Assembly (NCBI GenBank): GCA_903873295.1 | Contig: CAIQNV010000157.1 | Location: forward strand, 1,989-65,988 | DNA length: 64,000 nt | Reading direction: 5' to 3' | Source of the DNA: an uncultured Elusimicrobia bacterium | GTDB taxonomy: Bacteria > Elusimicrobiota > Elusimicrobia > Elusimicrobiales > UBA9959 | Part shown: one piece after another, positions 1-9,445 of the stretch | Numbering within the stretch: the first letter of the stretch is position 1 | Layout: each line of letters opens with the position of its first letter | The notes under the pieces: model-generated | What the model was told of the DNA's origin: nothing | Databases searched by the model: none | The model's input: the letters and a program-made list of their open reading frames with translations, nothing else | Program-made: the position numbers and the translations under genes

Positions 1-295
1 TTATAAAACCCGCCGCCGGAAAGATCCGGTCGGCAAGCTCCTGCGTCTTTGCCTGAGGCTGTCCGCACCGGCTTAACCGGGCCGTCAGCTCTTCGCTTAA
101 TGCCTGTTTCAACCCGAACAGCTTATAGACGACGGCGATTCCGAGGCCCGCCTGGAGAAGGAGAGAGAAGGTAAGCCTGCCGTAGATAGAGTCACTGGCG
201 CCCATGAACCATTGCGCAAGTACGGGCGCCACAAAATAGCAGAGCAGTAACACCCCGGAGGGTATCAGCTTATTCTTAAATTCGTTAAAGGTCAA
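1..295 (-). CDS. Hypothetical membrane protein, partial (runs off left edge)
   Basis: TTG at 295 preceded by GGAGG; open frame to the window edge (MTFNEFKNKLIPSGVLLLCYFVAPVLAQW...) with hydrophobic segments; not in ORF track. Confidence 0.6.
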   Translation of the reverse strand, partial: MTFNEFKNKLIPSGVLLLCYFVAPVLAQWFMGASDSIYGRLTFSLLLQAGLGIAVVYKLFGLKQALSEELTARLSRCGQPQAKTQELADRIFPAAGFI

Positions 296-304
296 GCTTT
301 CCTC

Positions 305-1489
305 CTATTTATGTCTTTTGGCGTCTGCTTTCTTAAGAATATGCTCGGCGAGGCTTACCCAGTAGGCGGCGCCCAGGGGCAGCACTTCGTCGTTAAAATC
401 GTAGCGCGGGTTGTGCAGGCCGCAGCCGTCCTTTACCGGACCGCCGCCGGCGAAGACATAGCAGCCGGGCCGGGCCCGCAGCATGAAGGAAAAATCCTCC
501 GAGCCCATTACCTGAGGGACCTTTATTACGTTCTCCGCGCCCGCCAGGTCCGCGAGGACGGAGGCGCAGATCGCGGTTTCGCGCTCGGTATTTACCGTGG
601 GCGGATAGTTGCGCGTGTACCGCAAGTCGGCCCTGGCGCCGTAGGTCGCGGCTATGCCGGCGCAGATCTCGTTCATCCGGCGCTCGATCAGGTCCTGCAC
701 TTCCGGATTAAAGGCGCGAGTTGTCCCGCGCAGTACGGCCGTGCCGGGAATTACATTATAAGCGTCCCCCGCGTGCAGTTGGGTTACGCTGACCACGGCG
801 GGCTCGAGCGGGTCCACGCTGCGGCTGGCAATGGTCTGCAGCGCCTGCACCAGCGCCGAAGCGGCCACTACCAGGTCGACGCCGGTATGCGGCATCGCGG
901 CGTGGCAGCCGTGCCCGGACAATTCTATCTCGAAGATGTCGGAGGAAGCCATAATGGGCCCGGGCCGCACCCCGAATTGTCCCGCCGGCAGCCCGGGCCA
1001 GTTGTGCATGCCATAGACCGAATCGCAGGGGAACTTATCGAATAGCCCCTGCTTCACCATCTCGCGCCCGCCGCCACCCCATTCCTCGGCGGGCTGGAAA
1101 ATAAAATGCACCGTGCCGTCGAAGCATCCGCCGGCGGCCAGGTATTTAGCCGCGCCCAGCAGCATGGCGGTATGGCCGTCATGCCCGCAGGCGTGCATTA
1201 CCCCGTCGTTCCGGGACCGGTAATCGAATTCGTTCAGCTCCTGCACGCGCAGCGCGTCCATGTCCGCCCGCAGGCCTATGGCCCGCTTGCCGGAGCCGGC
1301 CGACAGCGTGCCCACCACCCCGGTCTTTCCCAAACCCTTAGAAACGCGCAGGCCGAAGGACTCTAGCTTTTCCGCCACCAGCGCGGAGGTGCGCCGCTCC
1401 TCAAAAGCGGTCTCCGGGCAGGCGTGTATCGCGCGGCGCCAGCCGGTCATTTCACCGTGCAGCAGCCTGATCTTTTCTAAGACAGCCAT
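305..1489 (-). CDS. M20D family amidohydrolase (hippuricase-like)
   Basis: LRADMDAL, MHACGHDGH, FQPAEE, GSEDF, LHNPRYDFND motifs. Confidence 0.92.
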   Translation of the reverse strand: MAVLEKIRLLHGEMTGWRRAIHACPETAFEERRTSALVAEKLESFGLRVSKGLGKTGVVGTLSAGSGKRAIGLRADMDALRVQELNEFDYRSRNDGVMHACGHDGHTAMLLGAAKYLAAGGCFDGTVHFIFQPAEEWGGGGREMVKQGLFDKFPCDSVYGMHNWPGLPAGQFGVRPGPIMASSDIFEIELSGHGCHAAMPHTGVDLVVAASALVQALQTIASRSVDPLEPAVVSVTQLHAGDAYNVIPGTAVLRGTTRAFNPEVQDLIERRMNEICAGIAATYGARADLRYTRNYPPTVNTERETAICASVLADLAGAENVIKVPQVMGSEDFSFMLRARPGCYVFAGGGPVKDGCGLHNPRYDFNDEVLPLGAAYWVSLAEHILKKADAKRHK

Positions 1490-1582
1490 TTCATGTTCCT
1501 TTTCCGCGGCAGCGACGTATTTACTCTATCGTTTTATCTTTGCAGACTCACCGGGAATTCCCCGCCGGTTCCCGGGGGATGT

Positions 1583-2833
1583 TTAGTGGCTGGACAGCAT
1601 CCAGGCGCAGAACTCGTCCCACTTGGTGGCGGCGGACCAGGTCAGGTCCTTGTAGGCCGGGTCCAGCCAGGTCTTCGGCATATAGATGGCCAGGCCGTGG
1701 GCGTTCTTGTACTGGCTGCTGATGGTGCGGTTCGAGACTACAAGTTCCTTGTCCATGAACTCGAGCAGGGCCTTGCCCTTCTCTGCCACGAGCTTGTTGA
1801 GGTAGGGATAGTCATTGGTCAGTTGGACCAGGTGGTATATATCTATATTGTCATCGTACCAGAACTGCTGCGTCCGCTTGCGCGATTCGGCCACGGCCAG
1901 TTTCTCCGACTTGGCCTGCACGGCGCCGGTCCAGTCGTCCAGCAGCGCGGCGAACCCGGCCAGCGCCGCGCCGCGCACCAGCGACAGCGTGCCGTAGCGC
2001 TTGATGCTTTCGTAATGGTCGGCGTAAACTTTGACGGCGGCCCGGCCCAGTTCCTCGGGCGTGACGGCGGGGTTGGAGAGAAGCGCGGAGAGAAAGAGAT
2101 CGTAGCGCTGGCCCTCGTTGGGGATAACTTCTTCCGAGGCGAGAATAAAATCGGCGGTATCGCGCGCTTCCCAGGCTACTTCCGCCATCTGCATGATGCA
2201 GGCGTCCATGGCGAAGATGTCCATTCTGCCGGACCGGGCCAGGGCCTGCCCCAACTGGACGGTGGTGATATGGTTCCCCGTCTCCTCGTCGTTAGAGAGC
2301 CCTTTCTGCGCCGGCGAGCGGCTTTTCCAGCCATTGCCGTGGTTCCAGACTATCACCATGTAATGCTTTGCGGGATAATTCTGTTTGCCCCAGGCGATGA
2401 ACTCGGCCAGGTGCGTCCAGTCCCCCATGTCGACTTCCGGCAGTTCGGCCAGCAGCCTGGAATTTATTTTGGCGCTGTCCGCGTCCTTCGTAACGAAGTA
2501 GCGCCGCGCCCCCGTCCAATCCCCGTCGGAAGCGTCGTTGCCTTTTATCCGTCCCAGCTCCGCCACGATATTGACCTTATCGGAAGACCCCGCCAGCTCC
2601 ATCTCGTTCAGGTCGGCCAGGCCGAAGGACTCTAAATTGTTCTTAGCGTTCAGGAAAGCCAGGACGGTCCACTCGGCCTCGGCACGCGCCGGCCTACCCG
2701 GGACGGGAGCGGATGCGGCGGACACGGGCCGGGCCTGATCCCTTTTCCCGTCGAAGTCGGGCCCCTCCGCGCAGAAAGCGCCCGCCGCGGTAAAGCAGAG
2801 CGCTGCGGCTATGGCGATATTTATAATTCTCAT
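1583..2833 (-). CDS. Secreted clostripain-family (C11) cysteine peptidase
   Basis: Signal peptide; WTVLAFLNAKNNLE, YPAKHYMVIVWNHGNGW (His), MDACIM (Cys), ASEE. Confidence 0.88.
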   Translation of the reverse strand: MRIINIAIAAALCFTAAGAFCAEGPDFDGKRDQARPVSAASAPVPGRPARAEAEWTVLAFLNAKNNLESFGLADLNEMELAGSSDKVNIVAELGRIKGNDASDGDWTGARRYFVTKDADSAKINSRLLAELPEVDMGDWTHLAEFIAWGKQNYPAKHYMVIVWNHGNGWKSRSPAQKGLSNDEETGNHITTVQLGQALARSGRMDIFAMDACIMQMAEVAWEARDTADFILASEEVIPNEGQRYDLFLSALLSNPAVTPEELGRAAVKVYADHYESIKRYGTLSLVRGAALAGFAALLDDWTGAVQAKSEKLAVAESRKRTQQFWYDDNIDIYHLVQLTNDYPYLNKLVAEKGKALLEFMDKELVVSNRTISSQYKNAHGLAIYMPKTWLDPAYKDLTWSAATKWDEFCAWMLSSH

Positions 2834-2897
2834 AGGTAATTACCGGCACAGATACTATAACAAAGCGGCCGGCCTTTTTCAAATTCCCGAAGCCGGC

Positions 2898-3590
2898 TCA
2901 GATAATATTAAAAATATACCTGAGGCCCAGATAGACGCCGCAGGCTATAAAGATCCAGGCAGTGGCGGGCTTGGCGTAGTTTTCGAATTTCGCGGCAAGG
3001 CCGGTCACGGCGGAGAGCTTCTTAAGGCCGAGGTCCAGGAAGACCGCGAGTCCTATGACCGGCAGCGCCGTGCCCAGGCCGTAAAGAAAGGGCAGGGAGA
3101 AGGCCGCCGAATTCCTAGCCGCCAGCGGGATCACTACGCCGAAGTAAAGCGCGGCGGAAACCGGGCAGAAGGCGAGCGCGAAAACGAAGCCCATGAGCAG
3201 GGAAGAAAGCGCCCCCCTTTTGGCCCTGAATTTTGAAACATCAAAAAGACTGAAGCCCTCGAAGCCACGCCCGAACATCTCCAGCATGTACATGCCCGCG
3301 AGCACCAACAGGGGCGACAGCGCCTGGCTGCCGTATTTCTGCATGAAGAACGAGAATGACGGCGCGTTAAGAAAACTTTTTACCAGCAGGAAACCGACAA
3401 GGATATAAGCCAGCGCCCGGCCAAAAGCATAAAGCCCTCCCTGAATCAGCACCGCCAGACGGCGGGAGCCGGAATGTTTGGAAATATAGGTAAGCGCTGC
3501 TATGTTAGTGGCCAGCGGGCAGGGGCTCGCCGAGGTGACGACCCCCGTCCACAGAGCCGTAATAGCCGCCGCCCAGAATTCAGCGCTCAT
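2898..3590 (-). CDS. ArsG-like / CcdA-DsbD-type membrane protein
   Basis: SPCPLATNIAA and FALAFCPVSAALYFG motifs, multi-TM; last gene of the ars cluster. Confidence 0.8.
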   Translation of the reverse strand: MSAEFWAAAITALWTGVVTSASPCPLATNIAALTYISKHSGSRRLAVLIQGGLYAFGRALAYILVGFLLVKSFLNAPSFSFFMQKYGSQALSPLLVLAGMYMLEMFGRGFEGFSLFDVSKFRAKRGALSSLLMGFVFALAFCPVSAALYFGVVIPLAARNSAAFSLPFLYGLGTALPVIGLAVFLDLGLKKLSAVTGLAAKFENYAKPATAWIFIACGVYLGLRYIFNII

Positions 3591-4123
3591 TTAGTTTCCA
3601 GCAGCTTATGCGTCTCGCCGGTCACATACTCGATAAAGGCCTCTTTATCGCCGAGCAGCTGCCAGACTTTTTCGAGCTTCACCCACTTAAGGGCCGTGTC
3701 ACCGGAAAATTTCTGCACTACTACGGACTTGGAATTAAGCCAGTAGTCCTGAACAAAATGCTTGCCCGGCTCCTCGTCCACATTTACGCCTTTGAACGCC
3801 ACCGTCCAGCCTTTATAGCCGGAAGTGAAATTTTTCTCCACCGCCTCTCTGGTATAGGCCTCTATAGTTTTGCAGGAAGAGCAGCGCGTATTGGTGTAGA
3901 AATAATATACCACGGCGGTGTTAGCGGCCGCCTCGGGTTTCGCGGCTGAAGCCGGTTTTGCGGCCCGCATCTTCACCGGGTCCGCCGGTGCGGCCGCGGC
4001 CTCCGCCGGCGCGGCGGGCTCCATGGCGGGACCCGCGGCTATTTTATAAACCGCTGTTCCCGCGCTCAAGACCACAAAGCCCAGAAGCAGGAACTTCAAA
4101 GCCCGGCCTACGCCTGAGGTCAC
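3587..4123 (-). CDS. ArsF-like membrane-anchored thioredoxin-fold protein
   Basis: N-terminal anchor, VVYYFYTNTRCSSC (CxxC); 4-bp overlaps with neighbours. Confidence 0.75.
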   Translation of the reverse strand: MTSGVGRALKFLLLGFVVLSAGTAVYKIAAGPAMEPAAPAEAAAAPADPVKMRAAKPASAAKPEAAANTAVVYYFYTNTRCSSCKTIEAYTREAVEKNFTSGYKGWTVAFKGVNVDEEPGKHFVQDYWLNSKSVVVQKFSGDTALKWVKLEKVWQLLGDKEAFIEYVTGETHKLLETK

Positions 4124-4368
4124 TTTGCCTCCGCGATTATTTTTTTCAGCTCTTCGCTAGCGGGGATACGGGCCGAAAACCTGACCTTACCGTCTATCGC
4201 CAGAGCCGGAGTCATCAGAACACCCATCTCCGCTATCCTGCCGATGTCGTCTATCTTTTCCATCTCATACGCTATCCCCAGCTCTTTGGCGGCGGCTTCG
4301 ACCGCCGCGTAAAGCTTATTGCATTTCGGACAGCCCATGCCCAGCACCTGTAGTTTCATCATGATCAT
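4120..4368 (-). CDS. Small thioredoxin-like protein (MTH895/ArsE family)
   Basis: VLGMGCPKC and TPALAIDGKV motifs. Confidence 0.85.
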   Translation of the reverse strand: MIMMKLQVLGMGCPKCNKLYAAVEAAAKELGIAYEMEKIDDIGRIAEMGVLMTPALAIDGKVRFSARIPASEELKKIIAEAK

Positions 4369-4374
4369 AGCTCC

Positions 4375-5337
4375 TTATCTCATCAGGAAATTGAACAAAA
4401 AACCGGTGAACATGATACCCGCGCCTACTATCCCGAAGAAAATGAAAAGCAGCTTAAGCTTCATCATCCGGCGCAGTATCAGGAATTCCGGCAGGGACAG
4501 CCCGGTCACCGCCATCATGAAGGCCAGCGTGGTGCCCAGCGCCACGCCCTTTTCGGTAAGCGCGCTGACCAGCGGGATAACTCCGGCCGCATTCGAATAA
4601 AGCGGGATGCCCACCAGGGTCGCCAGCGGCACCGCGTACCATTTATCCGCCCCGGCCCAGCGCGCGAGGAAATTCTCCGGCACATAGCCGTGTATCCAGG
4701 CGCCTATGCCTATGCCGATAAGCACATATGGCCAGACCGTTTTAAGGATATCCAGGGTGTATTCCCGGGCGTAGGAGAAACGCTCAGGCCACGGCATTTC
4801 CGCGCCGAAGGACACATTCTGTATCCTCTTCGAAAGATCAAAGCCCTCCAGCAGGCTTTCAAGCTTCAGCCGGCCTATTATCAGCCCGGAAACTACCGCT
4901 ATCACGAAGCCGCTGAAAGCGTAAAGCAGCGCTATCTTAAGGCCGAACATCCCGAACAGCATCACCAGCGCCACCTCGTTTATCATCGGGGAGGCGACTA
5001 GGAAGGAAAAAGTCACGCCCAGCGGGATGCCGGTCTGTATAAACCCGAGGAAAAGCGGGATCGCGCTGCAGGTGCAGAAAGGGGTGATGATGCCGAGGCC
5101 GGCCGCCCATAAATGTCCGGAGAAGCGGCTTTTTCGAAGGATTATCTCCCTTATTTTAGCCGGCGGCAGAAAGGTGCGGATTATCGAAACGGCAAATATT
5201 ATGCCGGCGAGCAGCAGGAATATTTTAATCGTGTCGAATACGAAGAAATTAACGGACGACCCCGCCAGCGTCGCGCGGCCAAGGCCTAGAACTCCGTATA
5301 CGAGCCAGTCGGCGAAGAACTGCACAGGTTTGAACAT
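4375..5337 (-). CDS. arsP: ArsP/DUF318 permease
   Basis: TPFCTCSAIP, FLVASPMINE, GIPLYSNAAG, LSLPE motifs. Confidence 0.87.
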   Translation of the reverse strand: MFKPVQFFADWLVYGVLGLGRATLAGSSVNFFVFDTIKIFLLLAGIIFAVSIIRTFLPPAKIREIILRKSRFSGHLWAAGLGIITPFCTCSAIPLFLGFIQTGIPLGVTFSFLVASPMINEVALVMLFGMFGLKIALLYAFSGFVIAVVSGLIIGRLKLESLLEGFDLSKRIQNVSFGAEMPWPERFSYAREYTLDILKTVWPYVLIGIGIGAWIHGYVPENFLARWAGADKWYAVPLATLVGIPLYSNAAGVIPLVSALTEKGVALGTTLAFMMAVTGLSLPEFLILRRMMKLKLLFIFFGIVGAGIMFTGFLFNFLMR

Positions 5338-5338
5338 C

Positions 5339-5626
5339 TTATTTTTTCAGCCCCGCCAGGCAGTCGGCGAAATTAAGCACGCAGGGACAGAGCAGGCGGT
5401 AGCGCAGCCAGTTCCCCTCGCGGCGCGCCGCGACAAGCCCGGCGTTCTTAAGGACGAGCAAATGCTTCGAGACGGTGGAGATATCGTCCCCGACCAGGTC
5501 CCGCAGCTCGCAGACGCAGGTTTCCTTTTTTCTAAGGGAGTTAAGTATCAAAAGCCGGGTAGGGTGCGCCATAGCCTTTATTATCGAAGCCTGCGCGGCG
5601 TAATCGTTTTTTGTCCTGGCCTTCAC
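5339..5626 (-). CDS. arsR: ArsR/SmtB family metalloregulator
   Basis: KAMAHPTRL, ETCVCEL, STVSKHL..LKNAGLV; start placed at GTG 5626 just after the -10 box. Confidence 0.88.
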   Translation of the reverse strand: MKARTKNDYAAQASIIKAMAHPTRLLILNSLRKKETCVCELRDLVGDDISTVSKHLLVLKNAGLVAARREGNWLRYRLLCPCVLNFADCLAGLKK

Positions 5627-5630
5627 GCTT

Positions 5631-5661
5631 CTATTTTGCCATATTGCCAAATAGCTGTCAA
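5631..5661 (-). promoter_or_regulatory. sigma70 promoter with overlapping imperfect inverted repeat (putative ArsR operator)
   Basis: TTGACA (5661-5656), 17 nt, CAAAAT (5638-5633); CTATTTGGCAATATGGCAAAATAG palindrome spans the spacer and -10. Confidence 0.7.
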
Positions 5662-5685
5662 GACAACGCCCGTCGGGCGGCCATG

Positions 5686-5708
5686 AAAAAGCCCCGGCTC
5701 CGGGGCTC
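5686..5708 (-). terminator. Intrinsic terminator of the cupin gene
   Basis: AGCCCCGG/CCGGGGCT hairpin followed by a T-run on the minus strand. Confidence 0.65.
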
Positions 5709-5718
5709 GTTCAACCTG

Positions 5719-6057
5719 TCAGGACCTTATCATCACCAGCGCCATCTTGAATTTTTTCACAGCTTTCAGAGAGTGGGGTTTATCGGCGGGCATTATTATA
5801 AATTCCCCCGCTTTCACTTTATTGGGCTTTCCGGAGATGAGTATCTCGGCCTCTCCATCGAGGATCTCCACCATCGCGTCGAACGGGGCGGTGTGCTCGC
5901 TCAGCCCCTGGCCTTTGTCGAAAGAAAAGATGGTGACCGTGCCGGTCTTCTTCTCTATTATGGTGCGGCTCACCACCGCGCCCTTGTCGTAACCGACCAG
6001 GTCCTTGGCCTTCAGCGCCTTCCCCTTGAGATCTTCCTTCTGTTCCGATTTTTTCAT
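5719..6057 (-). CDS. Cupin domain protein
   Basis: LSEHTAPFDA...GEFIIMPADKPHSL cupin motifs. Confidence 0.88.
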   Translation of the reverse strand: MKKSEQKEDLKGKALKAKDLVGYDKGAVVSRTIIEKKTGTVTIFSFDKGQGLSEHTAPFDAMVEILDGEAEILISGKPNKVKAGEFIIMPADKPHSLKAVKKFKMALVMIRS

Positions 6058-6096
6058 TTTATTCTCCTTGGTGTTTCCGGGTTTAGCAGGTGTACG

Positions 6097-6250
6097 GGCC
6101 GGTCATGGGGTTGCCCATTCCGCCGCGCAGGAACCGTTGGCCGTCTGAAGAGCATAGCTCTTGATACGGCACGGGCATAGCCCAGCGCGGTTCCCCCCGA
6201 AGCGGGGCCCCCCTCCCCAAAGCGGCTCCAGAGCAACCCCATGCCCGGCC
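6097..6250. repeat. Dispersed palindromic element family A, copy 1 (46-nt insert at 6140-6185)
   Basis: Near-identical to 13029-13147 and to the reverse complement of 49730-49841; terminal inverted repeat GGCCGG..CATGGGGTTGC / GCAACCCCATG.CCGGCC. Confidence 0.85.
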
Positions 6251-6292
6251 CGCATCTGTTTACTTCGGCAAGCACGGTAATATACGCATTCC

Positions 6293-7393
6293 CTAATTAA
6301 GCGTCTGCCTGAACCTTTTATAGGCCAGCCCGGCCGCGAACACGGCCATCAGGGCCAGCGCGCCCAGGTTGGTCCAGAGCACATAAGCGTCGCCGCCCTT
6401 CAGCATGATATTGCGGATAAGCCGGACAAAATACATCAGCGGGTCCAGATAGGCGGCCGCTATTACGGCTTTCGGCATGTTTTCCACCGGGTACATGATG
6501 CCGCTCATCAGGATGGCCGGGAACAGGAACATAAAGCCGCCCAGCATGGCCTGCTGCTGGTTCCTGGCGACCGTAGAGATGAAAGTGCCTATGCTGACCG
6601 TATTGACCACTAAAGCCAGCGCCGCGAGGGCCAGCTGCCACAGCGGCCCGCGCACCGGCACGCCGAATATCAGATACCCGGCCAGCACCACCAGCGCGGC
6701 GTCCGCCAGGCCCAGCAGTATATACGGCACGGTTTTTCCCAGCAGCACCTCGGCGTCGGAAAGCGGGGCGGAAACAATGGTCTCAAAAGTGCCCATTTCC
6801 TTTTCGCGGGTAAGCGACATCGCGGTTAATATTATCGTTATAAGGCAGACCAGCATGCCCATCACGCCGGGCACCAGGAACATGGAGGATTCCATAGCCG
6901 GATTATAAAGCACCCGCACGTCGAACTTGAGCGCCGGCTCTCCCCGCGCGCCGTATTCCCTGGCGGCGGCGGCCGCTATTATGTTCTTAGAGTAGGCCTC
7001 CACCGCCCTGGCCTTGGTAGAGTTGGAAGCATCCACGAGCAGCTGCATTTTTCCGTCCCCGCGCTCGGCCGAGCGCGCCAGGCCCTCTTTCGGCGCGAGC
7101 AGGACGGCGTCGGCCCTGCCGGAGGCGATAAGCTCATAAGGGTCCTCTCCGGGCGCGCAGCCTACACGGACGAACCAGCCCGAGGCGTAAAAGCTGTCCG
7201 CGACGCGCCCGAACACGGCGTCGCCGGGCTGTGAAACAACGGCGAGCTTGATGTTCTTTATCTCGGTGGAAAGCGCCAAACCGAAGATCGTAAGCTGGAT
7301 TATCGGAGCCCCGAACAGCAGGGCGCGCATCCTGACGTCGCGCAGCGTCTGCGTCAGCTCCTTCTTTATAAACGCCGTTAAGGTCCTGTTCAT
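6293..7393 (-). CDS. ABC-2 type permease (YbhR-like)
   Basis: KKELTQTLRD, REKEMGTFE, multi-TM. Confidence 0.88.
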   Translation of the reverse strand: MNRTLTAFIKKELTQTLRDVRMRALLFGAPIIQLTIFGLALSTEIKNIKLAVVSQPGDAVFGRVADSFYASGWFVRVGCAPGEDPYELIASGRADAVLLAPKEGLARSAERGDGKMQLLVDASNSTKARAVEAYSKNIIAAAAAREYGARGEPALKFDVRVLYNPAMESSMFLVPGVMGMLVCLITIILTAMSLTREKEMGTFETIVSAPLSDAEVLLGKTVPYILLGLADAALVVLAGYLIFGVPVRGPLWQLALAALALVVNTVSIGTFISTVARNQQQAMLGGFMFLFPAILMSGIMYPVENMPKAVIAAAYLDPLMYFVRLIRNIMLKGGDAYVLWTNLGALALMAVFAAGLAYKRFRQTLN

Positions 7394-7409
7394 CTTAGTT
7401 CCTGATCTC

Positions 7410-8522
7410 CTATTCCAGGTCCGTCTTAAATTTTTTAATCGCCAGCGCGAGCATACCCGCGCTCAAAAGCCCCAGCGCCAGGAAGGGCACGGCCAGTTCG
7501 GCCAGGTCCGCCCCCTTAAGAGTTATGCCGCGCGCGGCCGCCATGAACCACCTCGGCGGGAGCAGCATGGTCAGGTACTGAAAGAACGCGGGCATGCTCT
7601 CGACGGGAAAGATGAAGCCGGAGAGCAGCATGGAGGGCAGCAGGCCGGTTATCATGCTGAACTGCATGGCGACCTGCTGCTGGCGCGTTATCACGGAGAT
7701 CAGGAGTCCCTGGGAAAGCGCGGCGGTTACGAAAAGCAGGCAGGCCGCCAGGTAAAGCAGATGGCTGCCCTCAAATGGCACGCCGAAAACCAGCCTGGAC
7801 ACGAGGTAGACGAAGAATACTCCTGCCAGGACCAGCGCCCCGTACGGGGCCAGCTTGCCCGTTATTATCTCGAGCGGCCGCACCGGAGTTGAAAGCAGGA
7901 GCTCCATAGAGCCGTTCTCCCACTCGCGCGCCACATTCAGCGCCGTAAGCAGTATCGCCAGCAGGCCTATTATTATCGCGGCCAGGCCGGGCACTATGAA
8001 CCAGCGGCTGTTCAGCTCGGGATTATAGAGGAAGCGGGTCTCGGCCGAAAACGGCTCCTTTATCGTCTGGGCGGCCAGTTTTGCCTGGGCGGCGCGCTGT
8101 ATGCCGGGCAGATAGCCCGTTATCGCCGCCGCTTTGGAGTTATCGCTCCCGTCCAGCACGAACTGCGCCTGCGCCTGGCCGCCGCCCTTTATTTTTTTGG
8201 AAAAGTCCGGCTCGATAAAGACCGCCGCGGCCGCGCGGCCTGAATCCAGCATTTCGACCGGGCCGGCGGGGCCCGGCTCGACAAGACGGAAATAGCCGGA
8301 GGACGAGAAGACTTCCTTGAGACGGCGGGCGGCCGGCCCGTTGTCCCTGTCGGAAACCGCCAGTCTTATGTTCCTGACCTCGTAGTCTATGGCGTAGCCG
8401 AAGAAGGTGACCAGCATCACCGGCAGGCCCAGTGCCAGCGTCAGCGTGAACGGATCGCGCAGGATATGCATCACTTCTTTGCGCGCTATAGAATAAGCCC
8501 GGTGAAAATTGAAGCCGTTCAT
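7410..8522 (-). CDS. ABC-2 type permease (YbhS-like)
   Basis: RKEVMHILRD, YNPELNS, AREWENGSME. Confidence 0.88.
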   Translation of the reverse strand: MNGFNFHRAYSIARKEVMHILRDPFTLTLALGLPVMLVTFFGYAIDYEVRNIRLAVSDRDNGPAARRLKEVFSSSGYFRLVEPGPAGPVEMLDSGRAAAAVFIEPDFSKKIKGGGQAQAQFVLDGSDNSKAAAITGYLPGIQRAAQAKLAAQTIKEPFSAETRFLYNPELNSRWFIVPGLAAIIIGLLAILLTALNVAREWENGSMELLLSTPVRPLEIITGKLAPYGALVLAGVFFVYLVSRLVFGVPFEGSHLLYLAACLLFVTAALSQGLLISVITRQQQVAMQFSMITGLLPSMLLSGFIFPVESMPAFFQYLTMLLPPRWFMAAARGITLKGADLAELAVPFLALGLLSAGMLALAIKKFKTDLE

Positions 8523-9445
8523 CTTTCCGCCCCCTCGACCAAGCGGATGAATACGTCTTCCAGCGAAGGCTTTATGAGCGCGGCAGAAGCAGCGGGCGGC
8601 AGGCCCGCTAAAGCGGCGTCCATGGCGGCTTTAGCCGCGAAAGCGGCGTGCCAGCGCATGCCGTGCGGCGAAAGTTCCAGCAGCCCGGGGGCTTTCTCCA
8701 ACCCGGCGATAAAAGCGGCCGATCCAGCGCCGTTAAAATCTATCTCCGCCATGGGCCCCGGGAAGGCTGACGCTTTCAGCTCTTCGGGCGAGCCCAGCGC
8801 GATCAGGCGGCCCGTGCGCATAAGCGCTATGCGGCCGCACTGCTCCGCCTCGTCCATATAATGGGTGGTCACTATCACCGTCTTGCCGAGCCCCGTTATC
8901 CTGCGTATCAGCGCCCAGAACCGGGCCCGCGAGGCGGGCGCTACTCCCGAGGTGGGCTCGTCGAGAAAGACGATCTCGGGGTCGTGCAGCATGGCCGCGG
9001 CCAGCGCCAGCTCCTGCTTGATGCCGCCCGGCAGCGCCGCGACTTTGGAGGACAGCGGCTTGTTAAAGGCTATAAGCTCAAAAAGCTCTTTGCGGCGCTT
9101 TTTTGCGTAAGCGGGATCCAGCTTGCGCAGGCCGGCGGCGAAATCGAGATTCTCACCCACCGTCAGATCGTTATAGAGGGTGAATTTCTGGGACATATAA
9201 CCCACGATCTTTTTTATACCGCGGCCGCCGTCCCCAAAGCCCAGGCCGCCCACCAGGGCGGACCCCGAGGAAGGCAGCAGCAGGCCGGTCAGCATTCTTA
9301 TCGTGGTGGTTTTCCCGGCGCCATTAGCCCCGAGGAAGCCGAAGATCTCGCCCCTGTTCACCGAGAAGGACACCTTGTCCACGGCGGTAAAATCTCCGAA
9401 TTTTATAGAGAGGTCCTTTACCTCCACGGCGGGCGCGGCGTTCAT
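8519..9445 (-). CDS. ABC transporter ATP-binding protein
   Basis: GANGAGKTT Walker A, FLDEPT. Confidence 0.92.
   Translation of the reverse strand: MNAAPAVEVKDLSIKFGDFTAVDKVSFSVNRGEIFGFLGANGAGKTTTIRMLTGLLLPSSGSALVGGLGFGDGGRGIKKIVGYMSQKFTLYNDLTVGENLDFAAGLRKLDPAYAKKRRKELFELIAFNKPLSSKVAALPGGIKQELALAAAMLHDPEIVFLDEPTSGVAPASRARFWALIRRITGLGKTVIVTTHYMDEAEQCGRIALMRTGRLIALGSPEELKASAFPGPMAEIDFNGAGSAAFIAGLEKAPGLLELSPHGMRWHAAFAAKAAMDAALAGLPPAASAALIKPSLEDVFIRLVEGAER

Noticed and set aside
1493-2635. Long antisense/shadow ORFs (also 20928-21866, 46890-48095, 61411-62469)
   Set aside because: Mirror frames of well-supported genes, expected in high-GC DNA; no motifs
6054-6275. Small ORFs over palindromic elements (also 13148-13472, 19730-19972)
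   Set aside because: Explained by GC-rich repeat sequence; no coding signals
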